Source: Candidatus Micrarchaeota archaeon
GTDB taxonomy: Archaea > Micrarchaeota > Micrarchaeia > Anstonellales > Bilamarchaeaceae
Length of the DNA: 47,341 bases
Direction of reading: 5' to 3'
NCBI GenBank assembly: GCA_043816005.1
Contig: JBDRIM010000054.1
Location: 1 to 47,341 of the forward strand
This document shows, piece by piece, positions 10,012 to 19,816 of the stretch (positions within the stretch are counted from its first letter, which is position 1; each line of letters starts with the position of its first letter). The notes under the pieces were generated by a model, which ran no database searches, was not told the origin of the DNA, and saw only the letters and a list, made by a program, of their open reading frames with translations. The position numbers and the translations under genes are program-made.

Positions 10012-11381
10012 CCTGATTTACCTGGAGTTTCACCAGGTTTTTCTATACTTGAATCTGCCATAAGTGCAGACACATCAGAAACATTTGTTTCTCCACCCAT
10101 AACATTTGAAAAGAAAGTTGTAACTCCCAATTTTTTTGCTACTACAGCTACGAGTTCTGCAAGAACAGCAAGTTTTTCATCAATCACTGCAACTGCATCC
10201 GCAAGAACATCTGCTTTTTTACCTGCTTGATCAGCAGCCGTATATGCTCCATCTGCTGCTTGTCTTGCTTCTGCAGCTGATCTTTCTGCATTTGATGCAG
10301 CTTCAGTTGTTTGTCTAACTGCAGCTCCTGCACTTGTTCTTGCTGTTTCAGCTACTTCAACTAAATATTGAGCCAATTCAGCACCTGAAAGACGTACTTC
10401 TCTTCCATCTCTAGTAACTTTGGCTGTGAAAACCTCTTCAACAGCAGTTTTTGCTTCGGCTGAAAGACTATCTATTAAAGCATCAGCAGCCCGGAAAACA
10501 TGCATAATAAGTTGGACACCAGTTACTTGTTGGTATTTTGTAGTACCATCTTCATTTCTTCCAACTTCAACATTAGCTGAAAGAAGTTCAGTTAATGCCC
10601 TATCAGTATGGCCAACAAATCCTGATTCAAGATTGTCTACCCTACCACAAAGCATAATTAATGCATCAATACCAGCAACAGTTTCTCTTTTTGATTCGCC
10701 TTCAGCAGATGGTCTTTCTACAATCATTTCAATTGAAGCCAAACCAGCTACTAATTCTCTTAATGCATCAGGACCTTTAATTTCTGAGTTACCACGTTTT
10801 ATACTAAGACCATCAACAGTGGCAACAACATCTTTAACAGCTTCTACTCCATGAATAGCAGTTTCTCCTCTACTTAGTGATACGCCTGCCAAAGTAGAAA
10901 GCATCTGACCAATTTGATGAAGAGCTTCATCCCCTTCATAAATTTTTTCCCCAACTGTTACGGATAATGATCTAATACTATCACGTACATCTCCAGCTGC
11001 TCTTTCTGTAGTTGCTGCACTTTCTGCACATTCAGCTGCTGCTTGTGATGCAGCTGCTGCACCTTCATTTGCTGATTTTGCTGAGGTAATAGTTTCACCA
11101 GCATATGCAGCTGCTTCTTTTGCTTTCTTTGCAGCTTCTCTTGCTGATTCTCTAGCAGCACTTGTATCAGCTCTCAAACCATCTAATTGAGTATTAACAG
11201 ATCCAATAGTTTCATCTCTAACTGCCATCAATCCCTCTGTAAGAGTTTTTCCTACAGAACCAGGAGATGCACCCAATGCATCTTGAATAGATTTTGCAAC
11301 ACGAGATAAATCTGGTGCTTTTACACCGCCTTCTAATACTACAGGTTTAGCTGCAGCCCTTTGTCCACCCTTTCTAGTCAA
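10008..11381 (-). CDS. Ala-rich coiled-coil protein
   Basis: Two Ala-rich coiled segments flanking repeated x-x-G-x-[DE]-A-L units; GAGGTGA RBS upstream. Confidence 0.75.
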   Translation of the reverse strand: MTRKGGQRAAAKPVVLEGGVKAPDLSRVAKSIQDALGASPGSVGKTLTEGLMAVRDETIGSVNTQLDGLRADTSAARESAREAAKKAKEAAAYAGETITSAKSANEGAAAASQAAAECAESAATTERAAGDVRDSIRSLSVTVGEKIYEGDEALHQIGQMLSTLAGVSLSRGETAIHGVEAVKDVVATVDGLSIKRGNSEIKGPDALRELVAGLASIEMIVERPSAEGESKRETVAGIDALIMLCGRVDNLESGFVGHTDRALTELLSANVEVGRNEDGTTKYQQVTGVQLIMHVFRAADALIDSLSAEAKTAVEEVFTAKVTRDGREVRLSGAELAQYLVEVAETARTSAGAAVRQTTEAASNAERSAAEARQAADGAYTAADQAGKKADVLADAVAVIDEKLAVLAELVAVVAKKLGVTTFFSNVMGGETNVSDVSALMADSSIEKPGETPGKSG

Positions 11382-11536
11382 TCATATCACCTCAGAAATT
11401 ATAGTATAATGTGTTTTATGGTATACATTAGTGGGAAACAGTATTTAAATGTTTGTATTAGTCAAAAAACGTGATTTTGGAATAACTGTGAATGAGATAT
11501 AGTATAAACAATTTATAAAAAAATTAATTGGTTAAG

Positions 11537-13756
11537 TTATGAGAGATCAACTTTAACAGCTGTCACTACTTTATCATCATCTCGTTTACCTTCTCTAGGT
11601 GGACACTTACAAAGTGGTTGGAATTCTTTTATTGCAGTTGGCTGGCCATCTTTATCTAATGGACCATTTTCATTATCTGTTCTTCTTGCTTCCGCCATGT
11701 TTAGAAGAGCATCCCTTACCAGATTTAGGTCTCCTTGGTAAAAATCTAAGAGTAATGCAATTTCATGATCACATACTGGCACTCCAATACCATCACTATT
11801 CAATACTATGTGATCTCCATCTTGAAGAATAAATGGTGGTGCGTTAGAGCCCATATTATTTATAGTAATATAGTTAGCCATGCCACCAATTGCTGCAACA
11901 ATAACATTTTTTTGTGCAATTACCACGTCAAATAGTTCTGCTTCTGCTGTAGCTTCTGCCACCCTGGAAAAGAATGTATACACTTCACTTGGAGTTAATG
12001 AATCAACATTACGACCAGACGCTTCAAGTTCAGTTAATGCTTTATCATAACCAAAAGTATATGCAAGTGAATGGCCCACATCTCTAAAGACTACTTCACC
12101 ATTTCGTATTACTCTCCAGTCACTGTCACCACAGTGAATTCCGTAAAATTTATCACCATGTTGAAATGCAACGCTCATTGTTGACCCCATTGGGGTTCGT
12201 GGTGCGTAAATATCTGATGAATGACTAATCAAAATTTGTTCCATTACAACTGCCAAATCAGCCATAACAAAAGTGTGTCTTACATCTTCAGGTGTTGTTA
12301 TCCATCCTGCCATGGCAGAAATTTCAAAAACATCTTTTGCAATTCCACTTGCTACCTCGCCACCTTGGTGCCCACCCATACCATCAAACACTGCATGTAA
12401 ATTAATTACACTGCCATCTGAAAGATGAACTTCAGCAGATGAAAAATTATCTTCGCATTTTTTTGGCGTTCCATTTTTATCTCTTTTTGCTCTCATATCA
12501 GAATGCTCATATGTAATTTTCGTGTGCTCAATTCTAGTTGTAAATCCAAGTGCGCCAATTAAAACATCAAACTGTGCTTGAAAGTATGCTGCATCCAAAA
12601 GACTGCTACTGCGCATTTGTCCATCGAAGGCAGCTAGATGAACAATTGGTTGTTTATACTCACGATCCCTAGAATCAACAACTTTACTAAATGCACGAGA
12701 AAGATATTTTGTTTGATCACCAGACAACACACCATTAGGCATATATCTACCACTTAATCTAACTCCCAACCCATTTGCTTCTCTACCATAAAGTGTACTA
12801 ACATCAGCAGATGTTACCAATAGTTCTGCTAAACCTTTTTCTTCTCTTGTTAGGTTCTGACCATTTGCAAATCTGACTTTGTGTGCTGCTCCTGCAGCAG
12901 TATGAAGATCGAGAGTATTGCGTCTCCAATAATTTAAACGTTCATGTTGTGGAGTTTTAAACCAGAGATAATGAAGTGCATTGAGAGTTTGATTAATTTG
13001 ATTAAATGCATCTATTAATTCTTTTCTATCTGATGAAGTTATTCCAGCTAATTGTTTTACCCATGTTAAAATTTGAATATCCGCTTCAGTTAGTTCAAGA
13101 TTTTGAGCGAATTTTCTTCCAGCTGATCTCATTGCATCTAAAGATGGATAGGTAGAATTCCAATGAGATGAAAGTAAGTGTTCATTTCCATTAAGCCAAG
13201 CATCAAATATTTCCAATCTTGCAGCCATTTCAGAGGAGCTTGTATGTGCAATTGCCTTGAAATCATCTGTTTTTGGAACCTGTGGCACCAGTGGATGTAT
13301 AAAAAATGAATCAATAAGATCTCTTTGAGTTTGATTTGATTCAATAGCAGCTGCAAAAAATAATTCTGCTCTAGTAGCAGGAGCAAATTCGCATTTCTCA
13401 GAAATTGATTTTATACATTCGCGTGCTTCTGGAATTGCGTCTTTCCAGTTTTGCTCTTTCCAACATTCTGCAACTTGAAGATTCATTCTGAATTCGCGGA
13501 CACCAGAATGAAAATTCATGAAACTTTCGAATATCTCTTCATTAAGAAAAACAACATCAATATCCAAAACTTTTGCAATAAATCCACGTTCTACAGGAGT
13601 TAATAATTGGAAAATAGTTTGTATTTGAGGTTTTTTAGGTGGTGCAGTTAATGGTTCAACAACACACCCATATTTTTTTGAAACAGCACGAGAGATAGCA
13701 TCTATGCTAATAGTACTCCTATTTGCAGCAAATTGTCTTGGGTTGATCTCTGCCAT
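11537..13756 (-). CDS. PP2C/PPM-family protein phosphatase with large unknown N-terminal region
   Basis: AVFDGMGGHQGGEVAS, MGST, HCGDS, LNSDGI, DDDK motifs in the C-terminal ~300 aa. Confidence 0.85.
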   Translation of the reverse strand: MAEINPRQFAANRSTISIDAISRAVSKKYGCVVEPLTAPPKKPQIQTIFQLLTPVERGFIAKVLDIDVVFLNEEIFESFMNFHSGVREFRMNLQVAECWKEQNWKDAIPEARECIKSISEKCEFAPATRAELFFAAAIESNQTQRDLIDSFFIHPLVPQVPKTDDFKAIAHTSSSEMAARLEIFDAWLNGNEHLLSSHWNSTYPSLDAMRSAGRKFAQNLELTEADIQILTWVKQLAGITSSDRKELIDAFNQINQTLNALHYLWFKTPQHERLNYWRRNTLDLHTAAGAAHKVRFANGQNLTREEKGLAELLVTSADVSTLYGREANGLGVRLSGRYMPNGVLSGDQTKYLSRAFSKVVDSRDREYKQPIVHLAAFDGQMRSSSLLDAAYFQAQFDVLIGALGFTTRIEHTKITYEHSDMRAKRDKNGTPKKCEDNFSSAEVHLSDGSVINLHAVFDGMGGHQGGEVASGIAKDVFEISAMAGWITTPEDVRHTFVMADLAVVMEQILISHSSDIYAPRTPMGSTMSVAFQHGDKFYGIHCGDSDWRVIRNGEVVFRDVGHSLAYTFGYDKALTELEASGRNVDSLTPSEVYTFFSRVAEATAEAELFDVVIAQKNVIVAAIGGMANYITINNMGSNAPPFILQDGDHIVLNSDGIGVPVCDHEIALLLDFYQGDLNLVRDALLNMAEARRTDNENGPLDKDGQPTAIKEFQPLCKCPPREGKRDDDKVVTAVKVDLS

Positions 13757-13820
13757 ATAATTACCTGTTTATCTAAATGTATTTTTGTGTAAATCATTTT
13801 TAAAGGTTACCTGTTTTGTT

Positions 13821-13848
13821 TGAGGGGCTCGGAAGCCCCTCAGACCCC
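13821..13848. repeat. REP-like GC hairpin (gagggg...cccctc + gacccc family)
   Basis: tgaggggct/agcccctca stem; related to 33886, 35730 and 44001 copies. Confidence 0.65.
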
Positions 13849-13867
13849 ACATTTTTTTGACAAAAAA

Positions 13868-14572
13868 TTAGACTGATATATGAAGTAATGAACCAACAAT
13901 ATAACCTGCAAGTGCTGCAGCACCACCAATTAGCATAAGTTCCATACCACCATGAAACCATTTACCAGAAGTTTGATGACTTTTGTATGCACCAAATAGA
14001 AAGAGCAGAGCAAGAGAAATTACTAAAGCGATCAAAATAGAAAGAGAAACTGGGAAAAAGAAAAACGGAGCTAGTGGAATAATAGAACCAATAATAGCGC
14101 TTACACCTACTAATATTCCTTGCTTCAATGGACTCATTCCTTCGCGAGGATCTTCAAGACGAAGCTCTTCACGCATCATTGTTTCAAGCCAGACTTTTTT
14201 ATTTGAGCATATTTTGTCAACTACCTGGTCGAGTAATTTGCCGGTGAACCCCTTATCACGATATATTTGAACAATTTCTTCTCTCTCACGATCAGAAAGA
14301 TGTTCCATTTCATATATTTCGCGTTTTACTTCTGCTTCATAGTGTTCCAATTCTGCTCTTGAAGCAGTATATGCAACAGCAGCCATGCTTACACTTTCTG
14401 CAAATGCAGCTGCAAGTCCTGCAAGAATAACAATAGAAGTTGAATTAGTTGCAACTGCAATGCCAAGTATTATTCCAAGCACATTGACAAGGCCATCCTG
14501 ACCTCCAAGAATAATATTTCTGAAAAAAGCACCCTGATTAATGCGGTGTTGTTCAACGTGCGGCGTGATCAT
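13868..14572 (-). CDS. VIT1/CCC1 family Fe/Mn transporter
   Basis: RNIILGGQDGLV, AESVSMAAVAY, EREEIVQIYRDKG, MMREEL, five TM helices. Confidence 0.92.
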   Translation of the reverse strand: MITPHVEQHRINQGAFFRNIILGGQDGLVNVLGIILGIAVATNSTSIVILAGLAAAFAESVSMAAVAYTASRAELEHYEAEVKREIYEMEHLSDREREEIVQIYRDKGFTGKLLDQVVDKICSNKKVWLETMMREELRLEDPREGMSPLKQGILVGVSAIIGSIIPLAPFFFFPVSLSILIALVISLALLFLFGAYKSHQTSGKWFHGGMELMLIGGAAALAGYIVGSLLHISV

Positions 14573-14628
14573 AGACAATTCTTGGTCATATACTTAATAA
14601 CTCTTTCTTATCTAAGTAAACCCTCAAT

Positions 14629-15034
14629 GGGCTCGTAGCTCAGCCAACCTTTTTGGAGAAAAGGTTGGACCAAAAACTTTTTGTAAATTGGTCCAGTCTT
14701 CCTATCAAAAAGGTCGGAGCAACAGATGTGTTATGAATATTATAACATGGCTGAACAGAGCGCTCCGTTCGCATTTCGTGATTGGCTTGTCCAATCTATG
14801 TTCGTAATCGCTGATTACAACACCCATACAACTAGAAATAGTTTTTTTGGGGGAATGAAAATCGGAGAGGCCGGGGGTGCGAGTGTGCCTTTTGGAAAAC
14901 AACAATGTCGTAAGCGACATTGTGCCCCATTGTTCGAAGAACAATAGGGAGGCACCCCAAAACTTATTGTTGAAACGCCTTCTGCGTTTTTGGGGTATTT
15001 CAAACAAAAAGCGCCGTAATTCCCCCCGAGTCCA
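14629..15034 (+). tRNA. tRNA-Ala(CGC) interrupted in the D loop, anticodon loop (37/38, 14774-14861) and T loop (59/60, 14884-15020)
   Basis: Acceptor GGGCTCG/CGAGTCC-A with G3:U70; D stem GCTC/GAGC; anticodon arm CTCCG-TTCGCAT-CGGAG; T stem GGGGG/CCCCC; BHB motifs at two junctions. Confidence 0.88.
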
Positions 15035-15227
15035 TGAGTGAAATGAATGGACTGTATTGAACGTATCGACGTTCAATAACAAGTCCATAATTCTTTCTTT
15101 TTTATTTCCACCATTAGTTTAATCTCAGGAATTATGGACGGGAAGTGAAATCGCAATTTCACAACGAATCCATTTTATGAAATAAAATGGACGATCTTGA
15201 ACGTATCGACGTTCAAGTGGAAGTCCA
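15029..15227. repeat. Stacked hairpin elements duplicating the tRNA 3' end
   Basis: agtcca at 15029, 15082, 15222; ttgaacgtatcgacgttcaa hairpin present twice. Confidence 0.8.
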
Positions 15228-15245
15228 ATTTTTTATATTTTTTAA

Positions 15246-16901
15246 TTATATTCCTGGAAGGCTAAAACTAGTGTGTGCATCTCTATCCATTGCCCAGACT
15301 TCTGCTCTATGAGCTAGACATCGATCGATTTCGGCTTTTTTTCTATTATACCTAGCTGCTGCAGCACCAGAGTCATTTCCAGCAGCCAATTCAGCACTTA
15401 AACGATCTGCATAATTCATGATAAATCTAGCATAACGCAAAAGTGCATATGATTCTCTTGTTGTTAAATTATATTCTTCCATTAATCTAGTTCTATCATA
15501 TTCAGATATATCGATCACTCTTCCTGAATCTGATAATAATGGTATAAATTGATCAAGGGCATTTTGAAGTGTGATGAGTCTTCCATGTACTGCAGATGGA
15601 TCAGAGGTTAGTTGTGTATCTGGTAGAGAAGCAGATGAGGGTAATTTGCGTCCATTTGAACATATTTTTTGCAGTACGTCTGCTATATCAGAATAACGTT
15701 CCTCTCTCATAAGACGAAAAACTCTTCTAAGACCAGTATTTAGTTCGTACAATTGACTATCTGGATCAGTATGCAAACCACTGATTCGCTTTCGCGTACT
15801 CCCTTCGAGTGGATCAAACATCATAGTATTTCTAAGACCTAGCGTTACGCCTTTTTTTCTGCGAGTAGCAGCCAACTTATCTGCAAAAGAAGAATATTCT
15901 AGAATGGGAGTAAGTAACCAAAAGTTATCATCACTTGGAAGTGTACCTTTTATCGGTGCACCAACAGAATTTATCCCAGGTGTAAATGGTTGGAAATATT
16001 TGATAAACAATCCTTCATCAGTAACTGCAACGCAACAAAGATGAGTGCGGCATGCAACAACAAAGTTTAGATGGAATCCATATGCTCCTTCTTTTGAATC
16101 GCCAGACCACCAAAACGCAACCAGTGAATTAGGTTTATCATCAATAAGAGCAAGTTTTATTGTTCCTTCCAACATTGCATCTTGAATAAGTTGTTCTGCA
16201 TTTGTAATAATTGAAGACGCAATCCTGGATTCCCGATCATTACAAACAACAGCATTAATACCTAATTGGCTAAGGTGATGGGCAGGTGAATCTGCAGAAA
16301 GAGAGAGAACAATCGGTTTTTGAGTTTGAGCATATACTAAATCAATAGCACGTTGTATTTTCCAATGAAGATTTTGAATGTGTTCACTATGTTTATTTTC
16401 TCCTTTCCAAAAAATATTATGAGTATCTCCTGACTGATCGGTACATTGCACATAACCAGCAAACCTACGCCAACTTTCTTGTGATTTAGAACGATATGCA
16501 AAGACCAATTTAGTTTCGCCATCTGATCGAACATAAACTGGAACCACAGAATATCCAATATTTATTGGACTTCCTATTCCAACAACTCCACCATCTACTT
16601 CGACAAGTTCTCGTACCTTAAATACTTCTGGATTTGATTTAATAACTGTAGCAATATGACCATCATGTCTTTCAAATAATGTTCTTGCAATTTCTTGGTC
16701 TTTGGGTTTTAATGTACTCAAAACTGCAGTTTTATCAAAATGAGTTGATGTTTCTGGAATCTCCCCTACTTTCATTATTTTCTGTGTCAATAGTATTGAC
16801 TCTGGTTTAAGTTTTTCAATAGTTAAACCATAACGACGTCTCATTCCATCTTTTATTCTAGGCATATCGACATATTTTGGATGGATATTTGATGGTCTCA
16901 T
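15246..16901 (-). CDS. Hypothetical protein
   Basis: 551-aa ORF with own TATA promoter; no recognised family. Confidence 0.75.
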   Translation of the reverse strand: MRPSNIHPKYVDMPRIKDGMRRRYGLTIEKLKPESILLTQKIMKVGEIPETSTHFDKTAVLSTLKPKDQEIARTLFERHDGHIATVIKSNPEVFKVRELVEVDGGVVGIGSPINIGYSVVPVYVRSDGETKLVFAYRSKSQESWRRFAGYVQCTDQSGDTHNIFWKGENKHSEHIQNLHWKIQRAIDLVYAQTQKPIVLSLSADSPAHHLSQLGINAVVCNDRESRIASSIITNAEQLIQDAMLEGTIKLALIDDKPNSLVAFWWSGDSKEGAYGFHLNFVVACRTHLCCVAVTDEGLFIKYFQPFTPGINSVGAPIKGTLPSDDNFWLLTPILEYSSFADKLAATRRKKGVTLGLRNTMMFDPLEGSTRKRISGLHTDPDSQLYELNTGLRRVFRLMREERYSDIADVLQKICSNGRKLPSSASLPDTQLTSDPSAVHGRLITLQNALDQFIPLLSDSGRVIDISEYDRTRLMEEYNLTTRESYALLRYARFIMNYADRLSAELAAGNDSGAAAARYNRKKAEIDRCLAHRAEVWAMDRDAHTSFSLPGI

Positions 16902-17018
16902 GCCTAAACCTTACTGATTAATGTTATGGTAACTGTAGATTAGTGTAGAAACAGTTTTTAAATATAGCCAAATAGCGGCTTTTAATAATATTATTGTACA
17001 ATTCCTCCTAAGATTCTA

Positions 17019-18107
17019 ATGTTACCTAATATCTACAAAGGAAATTACAAGCTACTAGCAATATTCCCGCTTGCATTGATTTTGATATCATTGTACTTCA
17101 TACCAACAATAAAACTTGGTGTGGACTTTCAGGGAGGTACACTGATAACTTTATCACTAAAAGAAAGCGTCAACCCAGAGGAATTGCAAACACAACTGAA
17201 TGAAGAAGGGCTTGAAGCAACAGTAAGAGTTTTTGAAACAGCCGTAGGTCCAAGAGCAGAAATAGAAGTCCCACAAAGCCAAAATCTTATAGATGCTGAC
17301 GACCTAAGAAACCAATTTAATATCCTACTTCCTGAAGTAACACAACTTGAAGTTGCGAATTATCAGAATGCAACATTTGATGCTAAATACCAAGCAAAAA
17401 AAGCAGAACTTGAAACAATTGCAGATCAGATGTTTGAACTTACTGGCAACGATCGTAGTATGATGAATATAACAAGCACAAATGAATTACAACAAGCATT
17501 TGCACAATCATATTCAGATATTTACAAAAAATATCAACAATCAATATCAGAACCAATAAACAAATATGTGCAGTATGATTCTATATCTGTGCAGACTGTA
17601 AGTCCTGCACTTACAACACATTTCATCGAGGTTGCCACAAATGTGGTTATATTGGCAGTGATATTGAGTTTTATATTGGTATTTGTATTTTTCAGAACAG
17701 TCGCACCAAGTATTGCAGTACTTCTTGGTGCAGTAAGTGACATTGTAATTGCACTTGGTGCAATGGGATTTTTGGGGATACCATTGACTCTTGCTTCTTT
17801 TGCAGCATTGCTTATGCTTTTAGGTTTCTCTCTTGATACAGACATATTACTAACAACAAGAATGCTCAAAAGAAAAGGAGACCCAAGAGAAAATGCATTT
17901 GATGCAATGAAAACAGGAATGACAATGAGTGTGATGGCGATAATTGCTTTCCTTGCATTGTTCATCCTTGCAACACTCACTCACATACCAACGTATTATG
18001 AGATATCTGCAGTTGCACTTGCAGGTTTGGTTGGTGATCTTTTTGCAACATGGGGAATTAACGGTGTAATAATTCTTCATTATGTAGAAAACAGGAGGCG
18101 AGTCTAA
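17019..18107 (+). CDS. secF: Protein translocase subunit SecF
   Basis: LGVDFQGGT, extracytoplasmic domain, LLMLLGFSLDTDILLTTR, five C-terminal TMs. Confidence 0.92.
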   Translation: MLPNIYKGNYKLLAIFPLALILISLYFIPTIKLGVDFQGGTLITLSLKESVNPEELQTQLNEEGLEATVRVFETAVGPRAEIEVPQSQNLIDADDLRNQFNILLPEVTQLEVANYQNATFDAKYQAKKAELETIADQMFELTGNDRSMMNITSTNELQQAFAQSYSDIYKKYQQSISEPINKYVQYDSISVQTVSPALTTHFIEVATNVVILAVILSFILVFVFFRTVAPSIAVLLGAVSDIVIALGAMGFLGIPLTLASFAALLMLLGFSLDTDILLTTRMLKRKGDPRENAFDAMKTGMTMSVMAIIAFLALFILATLTHIPTYYEISAVALAGLVGDLFATWGINGVIILHYVENRRRV

Positions 18108-19816
18108 TGGATTTCTATAAAGACAATCACTTCATTTTTCTTGTGTTCATGTTCCTCGTATTTGCAGCAACCATAACATTCTATGCAGGATGGCTGCTCA
18201 TAATTGCACTCGTGTTTTTTGGTGCCACCTCTCTTATGTGGAAAGAACCCCACATAAAATTATCAGGTATGGTTTTACTTGTGATACTTGCTCTCCTAAG
18301 CATATATGTCCATGGAATGACTTTTGGTATTGATTTTGTAGGTGGTACGCGCATCCCAGTTGTTCTTGACCACCCAGTTGATCAACAGACAATGAATGAA
18401 ATGGTTAACACAATAAAAAGCAGGGCTAACACTCTTGGTCTTAAGGAGATCAAAGCACGTGCTGTTGGTGACAGTATCATCAATGTTGAAGTTGCTAGTA
18501 GTGATGAGGCAACCATAGATTATATAGAGAAAACACTTTCGCAACAGGGTGTTTATCTTGGTGTTGTTGATGGTAAAGTTGCAGTTAGCGGAGATCATAT
18601 TTTTAGAACATCGATAAGAGCACTTCCTCCAAATGAACTCCTTCAGCAGGGAGGAGCAGACTGGGGAGTTGGTTTTTCAGTTGATAGGGAGGGAGGAGAT
18701 ATATTTGCCAATGCTGCAACCGGCAAGGCTGATTATCCAGTTTATATGTTTATAGATAGACCAACTAATGCGATATTGGTCTATGATAAGGAAACATTCA
18801 AAAATTACATTCTTCAAGATGCAGGAGAAAAAGAATCAATGAAGGCATTGGAAAAGATGCTGGAACTTGAAAACAATGATATTCTGGTTTATGTGGTTGA
18901 TGAAATTCCTGCAAACTTGACTCCAAAAACAAATGATACAAAAGTCATAGTATCAGAAGGATTATCAGCAGATGCAAAAGAAAATCTTACCAAACTTGGT
19001 TTTGATATTGTAGAATTTCCTGAAGAAAAAATAAAACCAGAATTCATGAGATCAAAAACAGGTGTTCTTGTTGTTAACAAACTTGAAGCAATTGGATTAC
19101 TTACTGCGCCTCTTCTGAGTGGAGGAGTTACAAATGGAGTACCAAATTATAATTATATTATTACTGGAAGTGTAGATATAACAGACAACAAACTTCGAAA
19201 CCAGGAAGCTCTTGTACGTGTCAAAAGCATTGAATCAATACTCAAAGGCGGTGCCCTCCCAGTCCAAATTTCATTAGGTTCAAGAACAACCCTTCCAGCT
19301 TCTCTTGGGAGTGAATTCTTGAAACTAAGTTTAATTGCAATTGGTGGTTCACTTGTTGCTATAGCGATATTAATTGGTATCCGCTACAGAAATATACGTG
19401 CAACTTTGCCGATAATACTCATCAGTTTTGCAGAACTTATAATTCTTCTTGCCATACTTGGTTCCTTTACAATAGATCTTGCGGCAATGGCAGGTATCAT
19501 AGCTGCAATTGGTGTTGGTGTTGATGCTCAAATTGTTATTACAGATGAATTATTGAAAAAAGATGACCGTAAGGTTTCGGAAAAAGTCGAACTTGCATTC
19601 GGAATAATAAAAACAAATGCAATTGTAGTTGTGTTTTCAATGATACCCCTTTTATTTTCAGGATTAGTTGAAGTAATTGGATTTGCAATGTCAACAATGC
19701 TTGGTGCAGTGTTAGGATATCTTCTTACTAGACCAGCATATGCAGCATTAGTAGAAAAGGTATTGGAAGCAGAGAAAAAAGGACATGAACATAAGCATGG
19801 TCATCCAATTGCCTAA
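18107..19816 (+). CDS. secD: Protein translocase subunit SecD
   Basis: FGIDFVGGTRI, LKGGALPV, SLGSEF, IDLAAMAGIIAAIGVGVDAQIVITDE. Confidence 0.92.
   Translation: MDFYKDNHFIFLVFMFLVFAATITFYAGWLLIIALVFFGATSLMWKEPHIKLSGMVLLVILALLSIYVHGMTFGIDFVGGTRIPVVLDHPVDQQTMNEMVNTIKSRANTLGLKEIKARAVGDSIINVEVASSDEATIDYIEKTLSQQGVYLGVVDGKVAVSGDHIFRTSIRALPPNELLQQGGADWGVGFSVDREGGDIFANAATGKADYPVYMFIDRPTNAILVYDKETFKNYILQDAGEKESMKALEKMLELENNDILVYVVDEIPANLTPKTNDTKVIVSEGLSADAKENLTKLGFDIVEFPEEKIKPEFMRSKTGVLVVNKLEAIGLLTAPLLSGGVTNGVPNYNYIITGSVDITDNKLRNQEALVRVKSIESILKGGALPVQISLGSRTTLPASLGSEFLKLSLIAIGGSLVAIAILIGIRYRNIRATLPIILISFAELIILLAILGSFTIDLAAMAGIIAAIGVGVDAQIVITDELLKKDDRKVSEKVELAFGIIKTNAIVVVFSMIPLLFSGLVEVIGFAMSTMLGAVLGYLLTRPAYAALVEKVLEAEKKGHEHKHGHPIA

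Noticed and set aside
8157..10854. Long plus-strand ORFs (8157-8987, 9146-9736, 10420-10854)
   Set aside because: Antisense shadows of biased-codon minus-strand genes
14705..15088. ORFs 14705-15088, 14726-14947 and 14815-15003
   Set aside because: They overlap the tRNA and its hairpin introns; stop-poor palindromic sequence
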